A program made the position numbers and the translations under genes. The notes beneath the pieces are model-generated. The model had not been told where the DNA came from and did no database searches. It saw nothing but the letters and a program-made list of their open reading frames with translations. Below are positions 41,325-51,000 of a stretch of DNA of 64,000 bases, in pieces (positions within the stretch are counted from its first letter, which is position 1; every line of letters begins with the position of its first letter). Origin of the DNA: an uncultured delta proteobacterium (GTDB lineage: Bacteria > Myxococcota_A > Polyangia > Fen-1088); NCBI GenBank assembly GCA_963737265.1, contig CAVTRY010000013.1, forward strand, positions 256,001 to 320,000, in the 5' to 3' direction.

Positions 41325-44300
41325 GCGCCGGTACCTTTCGATGGCCGAACCATTGCTTAGCTGCTGGGCGGAGCCGTAGGTTTGCCCGGTTATCGTTTGC
41401 GCCGACGGGCCGCTGCTGGTGTTGAGAATTCCATCGACGAAGAGACCGGTTCCGACGAACGCGACGCCGGTGGCCACGGAGCTCGCCACGGTCATGCCTG
41501 CGATCTGGTACCACGCGCCGCTGTAGTCGAACTCGTGCACGGTGATGTAGCTGGTGCCGACGCCGAACTGGTTTCCCGAGCTGCAGTTGTTGCTCATCGA
41601 GGTGGCGTCGTACCAGGTCGTAATCACCTGGAATCCAAGTCCATCAGGCCGCAGGACCGCGGTTGGCGTCCCCATCGGCCGCGCGGTGCTGGGAACGGCC
41701 ACTCCATCTGGACAGGTGCTGTTTTTGTCTTTAATGGTCGTGTTCACACAGATGCGATTGGTGGTCGCGGCAGGGTCGAGCGTTAGCACGATCTGTCCGT
41801 TGTTGTTAAACGACGTGTCGATGGCGGGCGGATTCGACGTCGAGGTCAATCGGGTGACCACCAATTCCGACGGCGGATACGAGCTGGACACGGGCTGAGT
41901 CGCCGAATCGAGATTCGAGTTGGTAACCTGCGCCACGTAGATGAGCCCCTTGGATGGACTCTGCGGGTTGGCGCGCTCCAGCTGCACAACCGCTGGTGCG
42001 AAGTGAATCGGTTGTCCACAACCAAACTGGAACAGCGATGGGTTGATAAGTGTTTGGCCCGGGACGTACTCGTAAAGATTCCCCCAGGTGTCGCCCACGT
42101 AGCCGGCAACGATATTCTGCGCCGTCTGCATCGAAGAATAGTTGCGCGCCAAGGCGATGTCCGCCAACACCGCGCGCTTCTGGGTGCATGTGCTACTGCT
42201 GCCAACATTTTGAGTCTCCTTGACGGCGCCCGTGACTGCGTCGGCGTTCAGGATGCGCAGGCCTTGGCTAGCGTGGCCGCTGTCGGGATTGATGCGGTAA
42301 CCCGAGGCCAGAACGATGCGATTGTCAGGCGCGCCCGTGCCGGAATAGCCGTTGAAATAGAACGCGGGAATCGATTCGGTTTGCCCGAGACTTTGGTCCC
42401 AGGTTGTCGAGTCGCCGCCTGTCATCGGGGGCAGTCCCGGCTGCCACAGCAAGCTGGGCGCCTGAGCAAGCAGGTTGTTCTGGTCGATGACGTTGGTGAT
42501 GTCGAGGGCGAAGGGCTTGTTGCCCCCGATTCCTTCGGGCATGACCACGATGGTGTGCCAGTCGCTGCCGTCCGAGGTCGCGCAGGTGGATCCCATGCAC
42601 AGATCCTTGACCTTGGGCGAGGCCGCGAGGCCAAAGATGTGGTCGCTCTGACCGGCGCTGATCTTCTGCCCGCCCTGGGCATATTCACGGGTAATCACTG
42701 GCAGCATGTCATTCGGGATGAAGGCAAAGGCCTCCTCGCCGCCCATGAAGGTCAAATTGGCGCCGCCATACTTCAGCGGCAACGTCGCGGCCTGCGCAAA
42801 GAACGCATGCAGCATTCCGTCGTCTCCGCCGACGTAGACCAAACCCGGGCGGTTTGCATTGTCTTGCGAGTAGGTACTGGAGCCGTTCAGCCCATTGGCG
42901 GCCGGCTGGCCCGCCACAATGGGTGTCGACGCCGTCGCCGACCCCATCAGCGGAGCGGGGTTGCTTAGTGCCGGATCGCCGAGCAACCACTCGACGATCT
43001 TCTCTGCCTCGGCGTCCGAGGCTCCGAGGCCGGCCGAGTGAAGCGCGGACTTGTTGGTCACGCTGCCGTCGCTGCCAATCTGAATCTGGGCGACGGTGCC
43101 CGACGCAGACGAAAAGAAGACGCGCCGGCTCTTCCAGTCTCGCCCGTAGAGCTCGGCCACCGAGGCCGGAATCGATGCCGCATTCCATTTCAAGTCCGCG
43201 AATCCCGCAGACGTGTCGAAAGCACGGACGCTGCCGACCCACGTCGGGTAGTCCACGCTGGTGTCGTAGAGCATTCCACTGTAGGTGACCACACCCGCTC
43301 CATTCTGCGTGCTGGGACCGGCCACGGCCGATGTCGTGGTGAAGGGAAACGGCGTCTGAGAGGCGGCGATCTTGCTCACGACGGCGCGATAGACCTCTTC
43401 TTCCGTGGTACCGAATATCGGCGTGCCATTGAAGTTGGGGCTGCCCGCCACGGCCATGTTCCACAGCATCGCGTATGAATAGGGATACCGGGTGCTCCAG
43501 GTCGCCGGCGCGTTCACCACGACGTGCGTCTGAACGGGCGTGCTCGAGTGCGCGAGGCCGAAGGCCCTGGTGATGGCCGAGCAGTTGCAGCCGGTCAGCG
43601 TGGGATTGCTGTCGGCGTTGTAGGCGCATGCGCTTGAGGCACAATCCACCGCGCCCCCGGTATCGCCCGGCCCGTTCGACTGACCGTCCACGACCAGAAT
43701 GATATTGTTGCTCCAGCATGGCGTGTTGCCATGATTATTCGTCGCATCGTTGCCTTGCACGGTCGAAAGGTAATTTCCGGCGTCACCCAGGGCGCAGCCG
43801 ATAGGGGCAAGACTTCCCGTGGCATCGACACCGCCAAAGGAAGCCTTCTCCAACCGTGCTGCGGTCGTCAACGCCTTCTGCGCCGTCGTGAGGACGTTGC
43901 CGTTTAACGTCGTCGCGGTGTTCGTGCCAGTACCGGTGCCAGTCTGGGTGACGGTGGAATTGAGGAACGGAACCACGCCCGAATTCCAGACCGCGCCGGT
44001 CGTAGCGCCGCAGGCGGATGGATTGGTCGATCCGCTCCACGGTACCGACACTTCGTTGTTCGAATTGTAGGGATTTCCAGTGTAGGCGGGGCGGCCGTAG
44101 ATGCCGTCGTTGACGATTTCGGTGCGCTCGGCATCGATCGCGTTGTAGCAGACTCCTCCATTCGTGTAGTACTTGCCCTTGTAGGTCGTGAAGTACGCTG
44201 GGTGAGCCACGCTGCCCTCGCCGTCGACTCCGCCGTTCACGATCGGCGTGCCCTGCTTGTACTGGAACGTGTAGTAGCTGCCTTCGTAGATGCCCGTTCC

Positions 44301-47300
44301 GCCCGAGCTTCCCGTGAACTCGCAGGCGGGAAGAATTGGCGTTGACGAGCAATTCGCCCACGAGGAGTCGATGTGGTTGGAAAGGCCGCTGCCGTCGCCG
44401 CGTGGAATCGTCCACCGGCTGTCGTTCGATCCGGCCAGCGTGTAGGAGATCTGGTTAAGTGTTGCGTCACCGTTAATGGCGCCGTTACCACCGTAGTCGA
44501 TAGTGCATGTCGAGGATGGACCGTTTGTTAGGCTGAAGCAACCGGACCTTTCGAGCTCGCCACGGGCCAGGAACTTCGTCTCCGTGATGTTGTTCGAGCT
44601 TGGGCAGGATTGTAGTTTCACGTACGGAAAGATCGCGGTGGTGGCATCGGTCGCCGTCGTAGAAATACCTCGACCCTGATAGCTGTTCATGAAGCCGAAG
44701 TTGACCTTGTCCGCGTACTCGGTGATCGCCCGGCGCAGGGCGCGCTTGACCGTCATCATGCGCGAGGTGGCCGGCACGCACAGGTCGGTGGCGGCATTGC
44801 CCGGGCAATCGGCAAGCGAGGAACACCACAGTCCGCTGTCTGCGCACATCTTGGCTGGTTGACCCTCGGTGCAGAAGTCGCCCGCCAGCGCCGTATTGCA
44901 CGAGGTATCTGCGGACGCCGAGCAGGTGGCGGCGATGGTCGTCACGCCATGTTTGCAGTTTCCCCAAGGCGCTCCCGAGTACGTCATGCAAGCTTCGTTG
45001 CGAAGCCGTCCCGAGCCGTCCAACGTAGAGATGAGACGGCAGAAGTCGCCCTTGACCACGCCGGCACAAGTCGAATCCGAAGTACAGGCGATGCCACCAC
45101 TCGCATTGCAGTAGCCGCTGGTAGTCGGCGAGCTGGGGGTGCAGTTCGCCGTATCCGTGCTGGCCACGGATCCGCACGGATAGGCTTCGGTGCTGGTATT
45201 GGTGCCCGTCAGGGTCTGGGTGCCCGTCGAGCTGTTGGCATTCGTCTGCGTGACGGTAGACGTAAGCGTCTGGGTTGACGGACTGGTGTTGGTCAAGGTT
45301 CCAGTGTTGGTGCCCGAGTTGGTCGTGGTCCCGGTGGCCGTCGCAGTTCCCGTCGAAGTCCCGGTCGCGGTCTGGGTCGACGTCTGCGTCGCGGTGCTGG
45401 TTTGCGTGTTCGTCGCCGTCGTCGTCCCTGTTGACGTCGCGGTCGCGGTTCCAGTTCCCGTGCTAGTCACGATGGTAGTTAGGGTGCTGATGGGCGACGT
45501 GGCGTAGCCCCAGACCGTGAGCTCCCAGAAGCAGCCCCAGTCGCCCGACGAGACATAATTGATCGTGATGCGAACGTAGCGAGCGGTTATGCTGAAGTTG
45601 TCGGTCAGCGTGGCGCCGTTGCGGCTCGTATTGTTTGTCTGATCGACGACCGTAGTCCAACTCGAGTTGTCGGTCGACGCATCGATTTTGTACTTGTAGT
45701 ACGAATTTGGCATTTCGAAGTTGACGGACGTCGATGTCAATAGATAGGAGGCGCCAAGATCGACCTCCCACCAGTCAGGCAACGCGGGCCCGCTGGGACA
45801 GAACTCCCACCCGTAGTTGCCGTCGTTGCCGTGGACCGCTTCTTTCCACGTCTGCTGGCTGCTGTAGCTAACCGATTGATTGAGAGAGAGATTCACGACG
45901 CCCGGCAGGCTCGTTCCGGTCGCGGTATAGGTTTGGGTCGTCGTCCCGGTCCCTGTCCCTGTCGCCGTCGACGTCACCGTCCCCGTCGACGTGTTCGTTA
46001 TCGTATTTGTGCTGGTGCTGGTCTGCGTGTTCGTGACCGTCGTCGTGCTGATGGGCGACGTGGCGTAGCCCCAGACCGTGAGCTCCCAGAAGCAGCCCCA
46101 GTCGCCCGACGAGACATAATTGATCGTGATGCGAACGTAGCGAGCGGTTATGCTGAAGTTGTCGGTCAGCGTGGCGCCGTTGCGACTTGTATTGTTTGTC
46201 TGATCGACGACCGTAGTCCAACTCGAGTTGTCGGTCGACGCATCGATTTTGTACTTGTAGTACGAATTTGGCATTTCGAAGTTGACGGACGTCGATGTCA
46301 ATAGGTGGGAGGCGCCAAGATCGACCTCCCACCAGTCAGGCAACGCGGGCCCGCTGGGACAGAACCCCCACCCGTAGTTGCCGTCGTTGCCGTGGACCGC
46401 TTCTTTCCCCGTCTGCTGGCTGCTGTAGCTAACCGATTGATTGAGAGAGAGATTCACAACGCTCGCCAGGCTCGTTTCGGTCGCGGTATAGGTTTGGGTC
46501 GTCGTCCCGGTCCCTGTCCCTGTCGCCGTCGACGTCACCGTCCCCGTCGACGTGTTCGTTATCGTATTTGTGCTGGTGCTGGTCGCCGTCATCGTGCTCG
46601 TGTTGGTCACCGGACCCGGGATGCTGGTGCTGGTCGTGGTATCCGTTTGGGTCGTCGTCCCGGTACCGGTCACGGTAGCCGTCGACGTGGTGGTGGACGT
46701 GTAAGAGGTTCTGGTAAGAACAATCTTGTCGATGGTCAGCGAATAGACAGGGGCGGTGCTTGCCGCGTTGTGTCCAGTAATTGTGAAACGAATGGCGTGG
46801 TCGCCCGCCGTGAGCGTCGTGCTTCCTAGGCTCTTAAGTACCTGGTAGAATGACCCGTTGGCATACTCGTCCGTCGTTGTGCCGATGTTCGTTCCGTCGA
46901 TGCTGGCTTGGTTGATGCCGCGGTTGTAGAACGCCTTGTAGTAAAAATCCACGGTGTAGGTTCCAGCCGCGACACCCGGCAACGTAAACTGAAGGTAATC
47001 GCCGACGCCTGGGCTCCCGGCCTGATTGAACTGCACATAGGCGCTGTTGCTGGCGAGCGAGTCTCCAGTCAGAATATTGCTCCCAATGGCCGACGAGGAT
47101 ATCGCAAGATTCTCGGCTTCGTAGGTCGTGACGGTCGTGTCCGTGTTCGTCACCGTGACCGTCGCCGTGTTCGTAACCGTGTTCGTCTGCGTGCCGGTGT
47201 CCGTGTCGGTCACCGTGGTGGTCTTGGTCACTGTCGCCGTGGCCGTGCTGGAGTTGGTCACGGTGTTCGTATTGGTTCCCGTGGTTGTGTTCGTCGTCGT

Positions 47301-47873
47301 ACCCGTCGCCGTGTTTGTTGCCGTGCTGGTGTTCGTATTCGTGCCGGTCGTCGTGTTGGTCTTGGTATTTGTGCCGGTGTTGGTGACGGTGTTGGTGTTG
47401 GTTACGGTATTCGTAGCCGTGCCTGTGTAGGTGCCGGTGAAGGGATTCGTACCCGTGTCCGTGTTCGTATTCGTGCTCGTATTGGTATTGGTCACGGAGT
47501 CTGTGTTCGTCGCGGTGACAGTGACTGTGCTGGTACAGCTTGCATTGGGATCGCCGAAATACATCCCTTTGCTGCCCATTCCCGAAAAATCCCAGCGCCC
47601 CGATTGTCCGACCAGCCGGCACGAGCGACTTCCTTCCTCGCAGTCGGCGCCGACCTCGTTATAGCGAGCCGCGTCTTCACCTGGGAGGTCCTGCATGGAC
47701 TCGGCGGTCTCCAGAACCACCAGCACGTTCGGCTTCAAATTGTCTGCGATATTCTTGGCAATCTGCAGCGGATAGACGTCGGCCCGCGCCGGGATCGCGG
47801 AAGACCAGGTCGTAGCCAGCAATGCGAGAGCTAGGCACAGATGTCGGAAGGTGGAGGAAGGACCAAACCGCAT
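41292..47873 (-). CDS. pilY1: PilY1-like adhesin 1 (~2190 aa): vWA-like N-domain, Thr-rich stalk with a CBM6/35-like and two discoidin (F5/8 type C) domains, C-terminal PilY1/PilC beta-propeller
   Basis: Signal peptide; KPNVLVVLE; VYVGGDDGMLHAF, GGEEAFAFIP.DML, FALDIT, LGQTES.P, YVGDTWGNLY; discoidin WWEVDLG..ARYVRI; YEAE at the CBM start. Confidence 0.82.
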   Translation of the reverse strand: MRFGPSSTFRHLCLALALLATTWSSAIPARADVYPLQIAKNIADNLKPNVLVVLETAESMQDLPGEDAARYNEVGADCEEGSRSCRLVGQSGRWDFSGMGSKGMYFGDPNASCTSTVTVTATNTDSVTNTNTSTNTNTDTGTNPFTGTYTGTATNTVTNTNTVTNTGTNTKTNTTTGTNTNTSTATNTATGTTTNTTTGTNTNTVTNSSTATATVTKTTTVTDTDTGTQTNTVTNTATVTVTNTDTTVTTYEAENLAISSSAIGSNILTGDSLASNSAYVQFNQAGSPGVGDYLQFTLPGVAAGTYTVDFYYKAFYNRGINQASIDGTNIGTTTDEYANGSFYQVLKSLGSTTLTAGDHAIRFTITGHNAASTAPVYSLTIDKIVLTRTSYTSTTTSTATVTGTGTTTQTDTTTSTSIPGPVTNTSTMTATSTSTNTITNTSTGTVTSTATGTGTGTTTQTYTATETSLASVVNLSLNQSVSYSSQQTGKEAVHGNDGNYGWGFCPSGPALPDWWEVDLGASHLLTSTSVNFEMPNSYYKYKIDASTDNSSWTTVVDQTNNTSRNGATLTDNFSITARYVRITINYVSSGDWGCFWELTVWGYATSPISTTTVTNTQTSTSTNTITNTSTGTVTSTATGTGTGTTTQTYTATGTSLPGVVNLSLNQSVSYSSQQTWKEAVHGNDGNYGWEFCPSGPALPDWWEVDLGASYLLTSTSVNFEMPNSYYKYKIDASTDNSSWTTVVDQTNNTSRNGATLTDNFSITARYVRITINYVSSGDWGCFWELTVWGYATSPISTLTTIVTSTGTGTATATSTGTTTATNTQTSTATQTSTQTATGTSTGTATATGTTTNSGTNTGTLTNTSPSTQTLTSTVTQTNANSSTGTQTLTGTNTSTEAYPCGSVASTDTANCTPSSPTTSGYCNASGGIACTSDSTCAGVVKGDFCRLISTLDGSGRLRNEACMTYSGAPWGNCKHGVTTIAATCSASADTSCNTALAGDFCTEGQPAKMCADSGLWCSSLADCPGNAATDLCVPATSRMMTVKRALRRAITEYADKVNFGFMNSYQGRGISTTATDATTAIFPYVKLQSCPSSNNITETKFLARGELERSGCFSLTNGPSSTCTIDYGGNGAINGDATLNQISYTLAGSNDSRWTIPRGDGSGLSNHIDSSWANCSSTPILPACEFTGSSGGTGIYEGSYYTFQYKQGTPIVNGGVDGEGSVAHPAYFTTYKGKYYTNGGVCYNAIDAERTEIVNDGIYGRPAYTGNPYNSNNEVSVPWSGSTNPSACGATTGAVWNSGVVPFLNSTVTQTGTGTGTNTATTLNGNVLTTAQKALTTAARLEKASFGGVDATGSLAPIGCALGDAGNYLSTVQGNDATNNHGNTPCWSNNIILVVDGQSNGPGDTGGAVDCASSACAYNADSNPTLTGCNCSAITRAFGLAHSSTPVQTHVVVNAPATWSTRYPYSYAMLWNMAVAGSPNFNGTPIFGTTEEEVYRAVVSKIAASQTPFPFTTTSAVAGPSTQNGAGVVTYSGMLYDTSVDYPTWVGSVRAFDTSAGFADLKWNAASIPASVAELYGRDWKSRRVFFSSASGTVAQIQIGSDGSVTNKSALHSAGLGASDAEAEKIVEWLLGDPALSNPAPLMGSATASTPIVAGQPAANGLNGSSTYSQDNANRPGLVYVGGDDGMLHAFFAQAATLPLKYGGANLTFMGGEEAFAFIPNDMLPVITREYAQGGQKISAGQSDHIFGLAASPKVKDLCMGSTCATSDGSDWHTIVVMPEGIGGNKPFALDITNVIDQNNLLAQAPSLLWQPGLPPMTGGDSTTWDQSLGQTESIPAFYFNGYSGTGAPDNRIVLASGYRINPDSGHASQGLRILNADAVTGAVKETQNVGSSSTCTQKRAVLADIALARNYSSMQTAQNIVAGYVGDTWGNLYEYVPGQTLINPSLFQFGCGQPIHFAPAVVQLERANPQSPSKGLIYVAQVTNSNLDSATQPVSSSYPPSELVVTRLTSTSNPPAIDTSFNNNGQIVLTLDPAATTNRICVNTTIKDKNSTCPDGVAVPSTARPMGTPTAVLRPDGLGFQVITTWYDATSMSNNCSSGNQFGVGTSYITVHEFDYSGAWYQIAGMTVASSVATGVAFVGTGLFVDGILNTSSGPSAQTITGQTYGSAQQLSNGSAIERYRRTNWSERLDLN
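45484..46584. repeat. Near-identical 561-bp-period tandem duplication of the discoidin + Thr linker module
   Basis: 45484-46023 vs 46045-46584 differ by only a few substitutions (e.g. GKEA/WKEA, WGF/WEF, SHL/SYL). Confidence 0.92.
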
Positions 47874-48071
47874 CCGAAGGGTTGGTTTCATTCTGGGCCT
47901 AATACGGTTATCGGTACGATCACCCGTTTCCATAATACTAATGAGCAAGAAATCGAAGAGCGCCGGCCGAGCCGGAGACCAAGGTAAGGCTGGTCCCGTC
48001 TTGTGGGCTGCTGACCTACGTCTAGCCAGCCGTTCCGGTCAAAGCTCGCGCGGGCGAGCTGATTTGCGTTG

Positions 48072-51000
48072 CTACAGGTCGAGCCGCTCGGTCCAGTTCG
48101 TGCGTCTGAACCTTTCGATGGACGAATTACTGGTGAGCTGTTGCGCGGAGCTGAACGTTTGCCCCGAAATGGTCTGACCGGTTACGCCGCTGCTGCCGTT
48201 GAGAATTCCATCGACGAAGAGGCCCGTTCCATCGAATGCAACGCCGGTGACCACGGAGCTCGCCACGGTCATGCCCGCGATCTGGTACCAAGCACCGCTG
48301 TAGTCGAACTCGTGTACCGTGATGTAGCTAGTGCCGACACTGAACTGATTTCCCGAGCTACAGTTATTGCCGATCGCGGCGGCGTCGTACCAGGTCGCGA
48401 TCACTTGGAATCCAAGCCCGTCCGAACGCAGGACCGCGGTTGGCGTGCCCATCGGCCGCGCCGTGCTGGGAACGACCGCGCCACCTGGACACGCGGTGGA
48501 CTTGTCTTTCACGGTCGCGTTCAAACAGATGGCATTGGTGGTCGCGGCGGGGTTCAGTGTCAGCACGATCTGTCCGGTGGTGCTGAACGAAGCATCGATG
48601 GTGGGCGGATTCGTCGTCGAGCTCAACCGGGTGACCACCAATTCCGAGGGCGGATACGCCGCGGTCACCGGTTGTGTCGCCGAATCGAGATTCGAGTTGG
48701 TAACCTGCACGACGTAGATGAGCCCCTTGGATGGACTTTGCAGGTTGGCGCGCTCGAGCTGCACGACGGTTGGTGCGAAGTGGATCGGTTGTCCACATCC
48801 GAACTGGAACAAGGGCGGGTTGAACAGCGGTTGCATGGGAACGTACTGGTAAAGATTTCCCCAGGTGTCGCCCACGTAGCCGGCGACGATACCCTGCGCC
48901 GCTTGCGCGGAGGAATAGTTGCGCGCGACAGCGATGTCCGCAAGCACCGCTTGCGTCTGGGTGCAGTTCCCGGCGGCGCCTACAGTTTGGTTGTCTTTCA
49001 CGGCACCCGTGAGCGCGTCGGCGTTCAGGATGTGCAGGCCTTGGGTAAGGTAGTTGCCGGTGCGGGGCTGGGTTGGGTAGCCCGACGCAAGCAGGATGCG
49101 ATTGTCGGCGCCGCTGGTCGAATTGTAGCCGTTGAAATAGAACGCGGGAATCGATTCGGTTTGCCCGAGACTCTGGTCCCAGGTGGTCGAGTCATTGCCG
49201 CCGCCGGGCATGTGGACTCCCGGCTGCCATAGCAAGCTGGGAGGCTGAGAAAGCAGGTTGTTCTGGTCGATGACGTTGGTGATGTCGAGGGCGAAGGGCT
49301 TGTTGCCGCCGATTCCTTCGGGCATAACCAGGATGGTGTGCCAGTCGCTGCCGTCCGAGGTCGCGCAGGTCGGTCCCATACACAGATCCTTGACTTTGGG
49401 CGATGCCGCGAGACCGAAGATGTGGTCGGCCTTGTCGGCGCCGATTTTCTGCCCGCCCTGGGCGTACTGACGGGTAATCACCGGCAACATGTCTTGGGGG
49501 ATGAAGGCAAACGCCTCCTCGCCGCCCATGAAGGTCAGGCCGGCACCGTTGTACTTCAGGGGCAGCGTGGCGGCCTGCGCGAAGAATGCATGCAGCATTC
49601 CATCGTCCCCACCGACGTAGAGCAAAGCTGGGCGGTTGGCATTGTTTTGCGAATAGGCAGTCGATCCGTTCAGTCCATTGGCGGCCGGCTGGCCCACCAC
49701 AATGGGCGTCGAGGTGGTCACCGACCCCATCAGCGGCGTAGGATTGCTCGATGCCGGATCGCCGAGCAGCCACTGGGCAATCTTCTCGGCTTCGGCATCG
49801 GTGGCTCCGAGTCCGGCCGTGTGAAGGGCGGACTTGTTGAGCACGCTGCCGTCGCTGGCGATTTGGATCTGTGCGACAGTGCCATTGGGTGACGACGAGA
49901 AGAAGACGCGCCGGCTCTTCCAGTCTCGGCCGTAGAACTGAGCCGCCGAAGACGGGATGGTGACCGCGTCCCATTTCAAGTCGGCGAATCCGGCGGACGT
50001 GTCGTACGCACGCACGCTGCCGGCCCACGAGGGATAGTTCACGCTGGTATCGTAGAGCATCGCGCTTGAGGTGATGACTCCGGTGGCACTCTGGGTGCCT
50101 GGGCCAGCCGTCGCCGAGGTGGTGGTGAAGGGGAACGGCGACTGGGAGGCGGCGATCTTGCTCACCACTCCCTGATAGACCTCCTCTTCGCTGGTTCCGA
50201 AGACCGGCGTGCCGTCGAAGTTCGGGCTGCCCGCCACCGCGATATTCCACAACATGGCGTACGAATAGGGGCACCGCGTGCTCCAAGTGGCCGGCGCGTT
50301 GACCACCACATGGGTCTGCACCGGCGTGCCCGAGTGCGCGAGGTTGTAGGCCTTGGTAATGGCCGAACAGCTGCAACCGGTCAGCGTAGGATTCGAGTCG
50401 GCGTCGTAGGCGCACGCGCTCGATGCGCAATCCACCGCGGCGCCCGTGTCACCCGGTCCGTTCGACTGGCCGTCGACTACGAGAATGATGTTGTTGCTCC
50501 AGCAGGGCGTGTTACCGCCGTTGTTGGCGGCATCGTTGCTTTGGGCTTGCGCCAAGTAGTCGGCGGCGCTGTGGTACTGGTCCGGGAGTGCGTCGTTTTT
50601 CAATTCGCAACCAATTGGCGACAACCTGCCCGTTGCGTCCACGCCACCAAAGGATGCTTTTTCCAGCCTGGCCGTGGTCATCAGGGTCTTTTGCGCACGC
50701 GTGATCGTCTTGCCGTTGAAAGAGAAGGTCGCGGTGGCGGTGCTGGTGGCGGTGCCTGTCTGCGCAACGGTAGAGTTCAGGAACGGTACTGTGTTGGGGT
50801 TCCAGGCAGCGCCGGTGGTCGCATCGCAGGCGCTGGCGTTGGTTGAACCGCCCCAAGGGACGCCGACTTCGTTGGTCGCGTTGTAAGGAGTGCCCGTGTA
50901 CGCCGGGCGGCCGTAAATGCCGTCGTTGACAATATCGGTGCGTTCGGCATCGATTGCGTTGTAGCAGTTGCCGCCGCCTGCATCGTAGTACTTGCCCATG

